Shown: positions 1-6,032 of the stretch, one piece after another
Layout: the number at the start of each line of letters is the position of its first letter
How positions within the stretch are numbered: position 1 is the stretch's first letter
IMG/VR virus record: IMGVR_UViG_2740892050_000004
Reading direction: 5' to 3' (one strand)
From: a virus
Taxonomy: Duplodnaviria; Heunggongvirae; Uroviricota; Caudoviricetes
Length of the DNA: 9,413 nucleotides
Translations under genes and position numbers: made by a program
The notes under the pieces: generated by a model
What the model saw: the letters and a program-made list of their open reading frames with translations, nothing else
The model's database searches: none
What the model was told of the DNA's origin: nothing

Positions 1-322
1 TATGACTGAAAAAGATATTCCGCATGATGGCTGGATAACTGTATCAATCACAATCCACTTCATTTACTTTCCTTGTTTATGCCTTGCTGGTGATGTTCTG
101 AAAAGTATAAATGATATTTTTGAATTAAACCATAGAGCAGAATTATTTTTCTGATGTTGTTTATTGTTTATTTAAATACAGGGTGGTTTATATCTCGTCT
201 TGTAGTTTATCCATGCATATCTGCTTGATAATCAGGTTTTTATTTAAGGTATGGTTTTGTGTTTTTTCTGTATTACATGTCAGGTATTTTAAAGAATTAT
301 TTTTCAGATGGTGGAAAGAACC

Positions 323-511
323 ATGGCATTTAAACACTATGATGTTGTCAGGGCGGCGCCGCCGTCAGATCTTGCGGAAAAGCTGACACATAAACTGAAA
401 GAGGGCTGGCAGCCGTTTGGTAGTCCGGTGGCCATAACCCCTTATACCCTGATGCAGGCGATTGCAGCAGAAGGTGATGTGGTGGTCAGTGGTGCAACTG
501 AGCCGGAGTGA
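323..511 (+). CDS. small conserved phage protein, probably DUF1737 family (62 aa)
   Basis: ORF in the six-frame track (308-511). I prefer the internal ATG at 323 (MAFKHYDVVRA...) because GGAA lies a few nt upstream, whereas the ATG at 308 has no SD. Size and sequence resemble the small DUF1737-type proteins found next to lysis genes in lambdoid prophages (family assignment from memory). Confidence 0.55.
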   Translation: MAFKHYDVVRAAPPSDLAEKLTHKLKEGWQPFGSPVAITPYTLMQAIAAEGDVVVSGATEPE

Positions 512-749
512 TACTACGTCATCGTACTGGCCCGGCATTCTAGGCCATAAAGGACAGTCTGGCAGTGGGACTAAATGCACTGACGCTGACGGATATTACC
601 AAAAATGCAACGTATGGCGTTGAGATAGAAAGTCTGGTGCTGGAGATAAATGTACCGGCATCATCATAAAAAGTGAGCCAGTCAAATGGAAGGTATCGTT
701 AAACTCACCGGTAGTGTCAGTGGATCGTCTGAGACGCTTGCATGAGTTA

Positions 750-786
750 TCAGAGCCATCAGTAGTTAACTGGTGGCTTTTTTATT
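750..786 (+). terminator. Rho-independent terminator upstream of the holin gene (candidate tR-prime-like late terminator)
   Basis: Stem GCCATCAG (755-762) pairs with CTGGTGGC (770-777), one G-U wobble, 7-nt loop, followed by TTTTTTATT (778-786). It lies about 35 nt upstream of the holin start. Confidence 0.5.
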
Positions 787-818
787 GTTGTCAGCTTCCG
801 GATAACGGGAGACGGGGT

Positions 819-1034
819 ATGGACCAGATGGAAAAAATCACAACAGGTGTGTCATACACCACGTCAGCGGTGGGAACGGGCTACTGGTTCCTGCAGTTGC
901 TGGACAGGGTTTCCCCGTCTCAGTGGGCGGCAATAGGCGTGCTGGGGAGTCTGCTGTTTGGGCTGCTGACATATCTGACTAACCTGTATTTCAAAATCAG
1001 AGAGGACCGTCGTAAGGCGGCACGGGGAGAGTAA
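819..1034 (+). CDS. S: class II holin, pinholin of the phage 21 S21 / Qin EssQ type (71 aa), dual-start motif
   Basis: Protein [71 protein letters not shown] has two TM helices and a charged C-terminal tail, and closely resembles the S21 pinholin as I recall it. Two in-frame ATGs at 819 and 828. A GGGAGA/CGGGG purine-rich stretch lies upstream. The long 5' extension in the ORF track (714) is not supported by an RBS and spans the terminator. Confidence 0.9.
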   Translation: MDQMEKITTGVSYTTSAVGTGYWFLQLLDRVSPSQWAAIGVLGSLLFGLLTYLTNLYFKIREDRRKAARGE

Positions 1035-1038
1035 TTCA

Positions 1039-1389
1039 ATGACTCAAAACTATGAACTGATTGTGAAAGGGATCCGCAATTTTGAGAATAAAGTTACGGT
1101 AACTTTAGCGTTACGGGACAAAAAACGCTTTGACGGTGAAATTTTTGACCTGGACATCTCGCTGGACCGTGTTGAAGGTGCCGCGCTGGAGTTTTATGAG
1201 GCAGCAGCCAGAAGGAGCATCAGACAGGTCTTCCTGGATGTTGCTGCCGCGTTATGTGAAGGGGATGAGCAGTCGCCGGAAAAGCGCCCCGTAATTTTAG
1301 AGGCGCAGAATGTATGGATAACCTACAAAGGAAAGCTACCGGGAAGAATTACTGGTTCTCTGAAGACTCCTCCGGAATCACAACCTTAA
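1039..1389 (+). CDS. hypothetical protein between holin and endolysin (116 aa), possibly YdfR-like
   Basis: ATG at 1039 lies 4 nt after the holin stop, with GGAGAG 8 nt upstream. The ORF is uninterrupted. No TM segment, signal peptide or catalytic motif recognised. The position matches the uncharacterised ydfR slot of the Qin prophage lysis cassette (from memory, homology unverified). Confidence 0.6.
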   Translation: MTQNYELIVKGIRNFENKVTVTLALRDKKRFDGEIFDLDISLDRVEGAALEFYEAAARRSIRQVFLDVAAALCEGDEQSPEKRPVILEAQNVWITYKGKLPGRITGSLKTPPESQP

Positions 1390-1452
1390 GTCACTGACCG
1401 GAACAGATAAACCTGTCCGTGGGCAGAAACCGATAAATCCTGATAAATATCC

Positions 1453-1986
1453 ATGAACGCAAAAATCAGATACGGCCTGTCGGCTGCCGTTCTGGCACTG
1501 ATTGCCGTCGGTGCGCCCGCGCCTGATATTCTCGACCAGTTTCTGGATGAAAAAGAAGGTAACCACACAACGGCATACCGCGATGGGTCCGGCATCTGGA
1601 CCATCTGTCGGGGGGCCACGATGGTGGATGGAAAACCCGTTTTTCCCGGTATGAAACTGTCGAAGGAAAAATGCGACCAGGTCAACGCCATTGAGCGTGA
1701 TAAGGCGCTGGCATGGGTGGAGCGCAATATTAAAGTACCACTGACCGAACCACAAAAAGCGGGTATAGCGTCATTCTGTCCCTATAACATTGGCCCCGGT
1801 AAGTGTTTCCCGTCGACGTTTTATAAGCGGCTGAATGCCGGTGATCGTAAGGGCGCATGCGAGGCGATTCGCTGGTGGATAAAAGATGGTGGGCGCGATT
1901 GCCGCATACGTTCAAATAACTGCTATGGACAGGTTATTCGTCGTGACCAGGAAAGCGCATTAGCCTGTTGGGGGATAGAGCAGTGA
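1453..1986 (+). CDS. R: SAR endolysin, T4-lysozyme-like (GH24) muramidase with N-terminal signal-anchor-release domain
   Basis: N-terminus has a weakly hydrophobic Gly/Ala-rich segment ([17 protein letters not shown]) typical of SAR domains. Catalytic E-x8-D-x5-T triad is present in [17 protein letters not shown]-terminal region resembles the R21 / P1 Lyz family. No obvious SD upstream. Confidence 0.9.
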   Translation: MNAKIRYGLSAAVLALIAVGAPAPDILDQFLDEKEGNHTTAYRDGSGIWTICRGATMVDGKPVFPGMKLSKEKCDQVNAIERDKALAWVERNIKVPLTEPQKAGIASFCPYNIGPGKCFPSTFYKRLNAGDRKGACEAIRWWIKDGGRDCRIRSNNCYGQVIRRDQESALACWGIEQ

Positions 1987-2444
1987 GCAGAGTCGCCGCG
2001 ATTATTTATGCTTTGGTTATCTGCATCATCGTCTGCCTGTCGTGGGCGGTCAATCATTACCGTGATAACGCCATCGCCTACAAAGAACAGCGTGATAAAA
2101 AAGTCAGTGAGCTGAAGCAGTCGATCGCCACCATCGCTGACATGCAGCAGCGTCAGCGTGATGTTGCTGCACTCGATGCAAAGTACTCGAGAGAATTAGC
2201 CAATGCGAAAGCTGAAAATGAAACTCTGCGCGCTGATGTTGCCGCTGGTCGTCGTCGGTTGCACATCAAAGCAGTCTGTCAGTCAGTGCGTGAAGCCACC
2301 ACCGCCTCCGGCGTGGATAATGCAGCCTCCCCCCGACTGGCAGACACCGCTGAACGGGATTATTTCACCCTCAGAGAGAGGCTGATCACTATGCAAAAAC
2401 AACTGGAAGGAACCCAGAAGTATATTAATGAGCAGTGCAGATAG
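1983..2444 (+). CDS. Rz: Rz i-spanin (inner-membrane spanin subunit)
   Basis: Protein [29 protein letters not shown]...[13 protein letters not shown] has an N-terminal TM helix and coiled-coil periplasmic domain. The N- and C-terminal parts are near-identical to lambda Rz as I recall it. I place the start at GTG 1983, overlapping the endolysin stop (GTGA), rather than the TTG at 1968 used by the ORF track. Confidence 0.85.
   Translation: MSRVAAIIYALVICIIVCLSWAVNHYRDNAIAYKEQRDKKVSELKQSIATIADMQQRQRDVAALDAKYSRELANAKAENETLRADVAAGRRRLHIKAVCQSVREATTASGVDNAASPRLADTAERDYFTLRERLITMQKQLEGTQKYINEQCR
2203..2385 (+). CDS. Rz1: Rz1 o-spanin (outer-membrane lipoprotein spanin subunit), embedded in the +1 frame of Rz
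   Basis: 60-aa ORF wholly inside Rz. Lipobox LVVVGC with the Cys at position 20, and a proline-rich mature region ([15 protein letters not shown]) characteristic of lambda Rz1. Confidence 0.85.
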   Translation: MRKLKMKLCALMLPLVVVGCTSKQSVSQCVKPPPPPAWIMQPPPDWQTPLNGIISPSERG

Positions 2445-2447
2445 AGC

Positions 2448-2465
2448 TGCCCATATCGATGGGCA
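2448..2465. terminator. hairpin between convergent Rz and bor genes (possible weak bidirectional terminator)
   Basis: TGCCCAT (2448-2454) pairs with ATGGGCA (2459-2465) around a 4-nt loop. It sits in the 31-bp gap between two convergent stop codons. No U-tract on either side, so efficiency is doubtful. Confidence 0.3.
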
Positions 2466-2475
2466 ACTCATGCAA

Positions 2476-2769
2476 TTATTGTGAGCAATACACACGCGCT
2501 TCCAGTGGAGTATAAATGCCTAAAGTAATAAAACCGAGAAATCCATTTACGAATGTTTGCTGGGTTTCTGTTTTAACAACATTTTCTGCGCCGCCACAAA
2601 TTTTGGCTGCATCAACAGTTTTCTCCTGTCCAATTCCCGAAACGAAGAAATGATGGGTGATGGTTTCCTTTGGTGTTACTGCTGTCGGTTTGTTTCCAAC
2701 AGTAAACGTCTGTTGAGCACATCCTGTAATAAGCATTGCCAGAGCGGCAGAAAACAACATTTTTTTCAT
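2476..2769 (-). CDS. bor: Bor/Iss family outer-membrane lipoprotein (serum resistance, lysogenic-conversion moron), 97 aa
   Basis: Protein MKKMLFSAALAMLITGCAQQTFTVGNKPTAVTPKETITHHFFVSGIGQEKTVDAAKICGGAENVVKTETQQTFVNGFLGFITLGIYTPLEARVYCSQ has a lipobox LITGC and is near-identical to lambda Bor / plasmid Iss as I recall them. SD AGGA lies 7 nt upstream of the MKKM start. An in-frame upstream ATG at 2784 (MQDNKMKKM...) would give the 102-aa Iss-style annotation, but it falls inside the SD. Confidence 0.9.
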   Translation of the reverse strand: MKKMLFSAALAMLITGCAQQTFTVGNKPTAVTPKETITHHFFVSGIGQEKTVDAAKICGGAENVVKTETQQTFVNGFLGFITLGIYTPLEARVYCSQ

Positions 2770-2949
2770 CTTATTATCCTGCATTGTTAAAAACGGCAGA
2801 ATCCTATGTGACAACAATTAAACGATAGTTAAATGGATTGATGAAAATTAAAACTATATAGGTGGATGCTCAGCCTATCGGAGGTAGTCAGGATTTGAAT
2901 GTCAGTCTGTTGTCGGCATTCTGGCAATGCAATTTGGATAAAGCGGGGA

Positions 2950-3072
2950 TTAAAAAGATAGAGGCGAGCCGGTCAGGTAGAAATGAATCAGGCTCAAAGT
3001 GAAGCGGAAAAGGTCTGTGGCACAAGCTGATGCAGCCATAATTACAGCCTGATGATTTGTGGAATGAAACAT
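2950..3072 (-). CDS. candidate small protein (40 aa, hydrophobic core) upstream of bor
   Basis: Minus-strand ATG (plus 3070-3072) is preceded by a perfect AGGAGG (plus 3079-3084) with a 6-nt spacer. Product is MFHSTNHQAVIMAASACATDLFRFTLSLIHFYLTGSPLSF, TAA stop at 2950-2952. Too short for the ORF track. No homology known to me. Confidence 0.25.
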   Translation of the reverse strand: MFHSTNHQAVIMAASACATDLFRFTLSLIHFYLTGSPLSF

Positions 3073-3152
3073 GTTGAACCTCCTTAATTGATGTTATTCG
3101 AGTGATGAAGGCATTCTGTCCTTCTATAGTGTCCAGTAAATCAAACAGGAAA

Positions 3153-3174
3153 CTTGTCCAACGTGTTGGACAAG
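3153..3174. promoter_or_regulatory. perfect 10-bp inverted repeat with 2-bp spacer (candidate operator / protein-binding site)
   Basis: CTTGTCCAAC-GT-GTTGGACAAG at 3153-3174, in the non-coding region between bor and HNH. No U-tract follows, so a terminator is unlikely. Confidence 0.3.
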
Positions 3175-3187
3175 CCTCTCCATTAGT

Positions 3188-3208
3188 GAGTTGTATTGAT
3201 CACAACTC
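3188..3208. promoter_or_regulatory. second inverted repeat, 7-bp arms with 7-nt spacer
   Basis: GAGTTGT-ATTGATC-ACAACTC at 3188-3208, 14 bp downstream of the first palindrome and about 90 bp upstream of the HNH start. Confidence 0.2.
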
Positions 3209-3294
3209 TACAAAGAATTCATTACTGGGTAGATGAAAATAGTTTCACTATGAATGGAGGAGGCTATGTCGGTGGCTTCTTCATTGGAGTACAT

Positions 3295-3645
3295 ATGCCC
3301 CCACGAATCCCACGCGCCTGCCGTAAGCGTGGATGTGCAGGTACAACCACAGACAGTTCTGGTTACTGCGATAAACATCGTGGCGAAGGATGGGTACAGC
3401 ATCAACGCGGACTGAGCCGCCACCAGCGTGGCTATGGCTCGAAATGGGATGCCATACGTGCGCGCATACTGAAGCGTGATAATCATCTGTGTCAGAACTG
3501 CCTGCGCAATGGGAGAGCCGTTGAAGCCAGAACTGTGGACCACATCATTCCGAAAGCTCATGGTGGCACGGATGCAGACAGTAACCTGCAGAGTCTGTGC
3601 TGGCCCTGTCATAAAGCAAAAACAGCGCGCGAACGCATCAATTGA
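3295..3645 (+). CDS. HNH homing-type endonuclease associated with the terminase (HK97 gp74-like), 116 aa
   Basis: HNH/zinc-finger motif in CQNCLRNGRAVEARTVDHIIPKAHGGTDADSNLQSLCWPCHKAKT, with further Cys/His pairs in the N-terminal part. Start at ATG 3295 has GGAG 5 nt upstream. The position immediately upstream of terS is typical for HK97-like cos phages. Confidence 0.85.
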   Translation: MPPRIPRACRKRGCAGTTTDSSGYCDKHRGEGWVQHQRGLSRHQRGYGSKWDAIRARILKRDNHLCQNCLRNGRAVEARTVDHIIPKAHGGTDADSNLQSLCWPCHKAKTARERIN

Positions 3646-3660
3646 TAACAGTTCCCATCT

Positions 3661-3760
3661 GTAGGGGAGGGGCAGGCCAAATCTCTGCAACCCTGGCTGC
3701 TCAGTACCGCCGCCTGACCTTTCCTCGCATCGCCGCAGGTTCGAAAACTTTTTTTTGGAA
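3661..3760. other. candidate cos (cohesive-end) region between HNH and small terminase genes
   Basis: 148-bp non-coding gap with a G-rich block (GTAGGGGAGGGGCAGGCC), a CCGCCGCCTGACCT segment reminiscent of lambdoid cosN-type sequence, and a T8 tract. In HK97-like phages cos lies between the HNH gene and terS. The exact cut site cannot be assigned from sequence alone. Confidence 0.25.
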
Positions 3761-3792
3761 TGTGATTAAATGATTGATAGGTAAAACCGATT

Positions 3793-4275
3793 ATGTCTGG
3801 ACCCCCGAAAACCCCGCCACGCCTGCATTTGATACGAGGCAACCCCTCAAAGCGGCCAGTTAAAGACCTCAAAAAAACCGCTAAAAAGGATGAAAAAGGT
3901 CTCCCTAAAATTCCGCAACATTTAGGGGCGCAGGGGAAGTACTGGTTCAGGCGAATGGCGGAAGAGCTGAATGCGGAAGGGATCATTTCTCAGCTTGATG
4001 CGCGTGCGCTTGAGCTACTGGTGGAAGCCTATACCGAATACCGGCATCACTGCGAAACACTCGATGTTGAGGGGTACACCTACCGCTCGAAAACGCAGAA
4101 CGGTGATGTGCTGATTAAGGCACACCCGGCTGCTGCGATGAAAGCGGATGCCTGGAAGCGGATCCGGGCGATGCTTGCAGAATTTGGTATGTCACCGGCA
4201 AGCCGGGCAAAAGTAAATACCGCCGGACCGGATAATGTTGATCCGCTGGCAGAGCTTTTAAAAGCGAGAGACTGA
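3793..4275 (+). CDS. terminase small subunit (P27 / HK97 gp1 family)
   Basis: N-terminus MSGPPKTPPRLHLIRGNPSKRP is typical of P27-family small terminases. Its stop overlaps the large terminase start (TGATG). Confidence 0.85.
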   Translation: MSGPPKTPPRLHLIRGNPSKRPVKDLKKTAKKDEKGLPKIPQHLGAQGKYWFRRMAEELNAEGIISQLDARALELLVEAYTEYRHHCETLDVEGYTYRSKTQNGDVLIKAHPAAAMKADAWKRIRAMLAEFGMSPASRAKVNTAGPDNVDPLAELLKARD

Positions 4276-6032
4276 TGGCAAAAGTGGCTGACGGGATCCG
4301 CTACGCCGAACGTGTTGTTGCAGGAGAAATTGTTGCTGGCGAATTTGTCCGCCTGGCCTGCCAGCGTTTTCTTGATGATCTGAAGTACGGCGAAAAGCGG
4401 GGGATTTATTTCAGTGAACCCCGTGCGCAGCACATCCTGAATTTCTACAAATTTGTGCCTCATGTAAAAGGGGCACTGGCAGGCCAGCCCATTGAGTTGA
4501 TGGACTGGCATGTATTTATCCTCATTAATATTTTTGGTTTTGTCATTCCGCTGGTCAATGAAGAAACCGGGGAAGTTGTCATGCGCAGCGATGGCAGCGG
4601 ACGTCCGGTGATGGTGCGCCGGTTCCGGACGGCGTACAACGAAGTCGCCCGTAAAAACGCAAAATCAACCCTGTCATCGGGTATCGGCCTGTATATGACG
4701 GGGGCAGATAGTGAAGGCGGAGCTGAGGTGTATTCAGCCGCAACCACGCGTGACCAGGCCAGAATCGTGTTTGAAGACGCCAAAAATATGGTCAGAAAAG
4801 CCCGGTCGACACTCGGGCGGTTGTTTGATTTCAACAAGCTGGCGATTTACCAGGAGCAGAGCGCATCAAAATTTGAACCGCTTTCCTCGGATGCAAACAA
4901 CCTGGACGGTCTGAACATCCACTGCGCCATTATTGATGAGCTGCATGCACATAAAACCCGCGACGTGTGGGACGTTCTGGAAACGGCAACCGGTGCCCGT
5001 CTGCAGTCCCTGTTATTTGGTATCACCACGGCTGGCTTTAACAAGGAAGGGATTTGTTACGAGCAGCGTGATTACGCCATCAAGGTATTGCGAGGCTATA
5101 ACAGCGACGTGGAGGGCGCTGTAAAAGACGACTCTTACTTTGCGATCATTTACACGCTTGATGAGGGAGATGATCCGTTTGATGAAACGGTCTGGCAGAA
5201 AGCGAATCCTGGCCTGGGCATCTGTAAACGCTGGGATGATCTGCGTCGTCTGGCGAAAAAAGCGAAGGAGCAGGTCTCTGCGCGGGTGAATTTTTTTACC
5301 AAACACATGAATGTGTGGGTCACTGCCGAATCTGCCTGGATGGATATGATTAAGTGGGAGAAGTGCGAATACATTGCTCCACAACATGAGCTGAAAACAT
5401 ATCCCATGTGGGTCGGCGTCGACCTTGCTCATAAGATTGATATCTGTGCGGCGGCAAAACTCTGGCGAACCGATAACGGACATGTTCATGCTGATTTTAA
5501 ATTCTGGCTTCCGGAAGGACGGCTGGAACGATGCTCGCGGCAGCAGGCAGAACTTTACCGGAAGTGGGCGGAGATGGATAAGCTCATCCTGACGGATGGT
5601 GATGTTATCGATCATGCTCAGATAAAAAGTGACTTACTGGAATGGATTGGCGGTGAAAACCTCAGGGAACTGGGATTTGACCCGTGGAGCGCAATGCAGT
5701 TCAGTCTGGCACTGGCTGAAGAAGGGATACCGCTGGTGGAGGTTCCGCAGACGGTCCGCAATCTGTCAGAGGCCATGAAGGAAACGGAATCACTGGTTTA
5801 TGCCGGGCGTTTCCATCACAGCAATCATCCGGTCATGAACTGGATGATGTCTAACGTTACTGTAAAACCGGACAAAAACGACAACATCTTCCCGAATAAA
5901 TCCACGCCGGAAGCCAAAATCGACGGCCCTGTTGCGCTTTTTACAGCCATGAGCCGCTTTCTGGTAAATGGCGGGGGCGTGAATGACTTTCTGTCCACGC
6001 TTGATCCTGATGAGGACCTGTTAATTCTGTGA
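4275..6032 (+). CDS. terminase large subunit (HK97 gp2-like ATPase/nuclease), 585 aa
   Basis: Deviant Walker A region EVARKNAKST, Walker B LNIHCAIIDELH, coupling motif GITTAG, and a C-terminal nuclease-domain-sized region. Translationally coupled to terS. Confidence 0.95.
   Translation: MAKVADGIRYAERVVAGEIVAGEFVRLACQRFLDDLKYGEKRGIYFSEPRAQHILNFYKFVPHVKGALAGQPIELMDWHVFILINIFGFVIPLVNEETGEVVMRSDGSGRPVMVRRFRTAYNEVARKNAKSTLSSGIGLYMTGADSEGGAEVYSAATTRDQARIVFEDAKNMVRKARSTLGRLFDFNKLAIYQEQSASKFEPLSSDANNLDGLNIHCAIIDELHAHKTRDVWDVLETATGARLQSLLFGITTAGFNKEGICYEQRDYAIKVLRGYNSDVEGAVKDDSYFAIIYTLDEGDDPFDETVWQKANPGLGICKRWDDLRRLAKKAKEQVSARVNFFTKHMNVWVTAESAWMDMIKWEKCEYIAPQHELKTYPMWVGVDLAHKIDICAAAKLWRTDNGHVHADFKFWLPEGRLERCSRQQAELYRKWAEMDKLILTDGDVIDHAQIKSDLLEWIGGENLRELGFDPWSAMQFSLALAEEGIPLVEVPQTVRNLSEAMKETESLVYAGRFHHSNHPVMNWMMSNVTVKPDKNDNIFPNKSTPEAKIDGPVALFTAMSRFLVNGGGVNDFLSTLDPDEDLLIL

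Noticed and set aside
2-154. 50-codon ORF at the very start of the window (MTEKDIPHDGWITV...)
   Set aside because: No SD visible because it starts at the window edge. AT-rich, low-complexity sequence where chance ORFs are common. Cannot tell whether it is a real small gene or the tail of the upstream region.
183-386. 67-aa ORF in the AT-rich leader overlapping the DUF1737-like gene in another frame
   Set aside because: Low-complexity product from AT-rich DNA (FLFKVWFCVF...), no RBS, ends in an Arg-rich run created by reading the real gene out of frame.
365-580. 71-aa minus-strand ORF antisense to the DUF1737-like gene
   Set aside because: Antisense shadow ORF, no RBS, no recognisable features.
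714-818. Long N-terminal extension of the holin ORF in the six-frame track
   Set aside because: The extension runs through the intrinsic terminator hairpin and has no RBS. The S21-like protein begins at the ATG at 819, which has a purine-rich SD.
1378-1755. Minus-strand ORFs (125 and 113 aa) antisense to the endolysin
   Set aside because: Shadow ORFs opposite a well-supported gene. No start context or motifs.
2283-2495. 70-aa minus-strand ORF antisense to Rz/Rz1
   Set aside because: Antisense to two overlapping validated genes. Product is Gly/Cys-rich low complexity.
2557-2790. 77-aa plus-strand ORF overlapping bor
   Set aside because: Antisense shadow of bor. Bor is strongly supported by lipobox, SD and family similarity.
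3196-3294. Upstream extension of the HNH ORF (TTG at 3196 or ATG at 3250)
   Set aside because: Neither has an SD, and the extension would overlap the palindromes. ATG 3295 has GGAG at ideal spacing, and HNH proteins of this type are about 115-120 aa.
3208-3690. 160-aa minus-strand ORF antisense to HNH
   Set aside because: Shadow ORF with no supporting signals.
3738-3746. GGTTCGAAA resembling a tRNA T-loop motif
   Set aside because: No complementary T-stem, acceptor stem or anticodon arm can be built around it. Likely coincidental within the cos-like region.
4641-4670. Terminase Walker A reads EVARKNAKST (Ala where a P-loop Gly might be expected)
   Set aside because: Terminase Walker A motifs are often deviant and I cannot recall the family consensus with certainty. 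Walker B and downstream motifs look intact, so I do not call this a pseudogene without an alignment.
4080-5615. Several minus-strand and alternative-frame ORFs inside the terminase genes (for example 4080-4511, 4460-4837, 5013-5615)
   Set aside because: All overlap the long, motif-supported terminase reading frames. Typical shadow ORFs.
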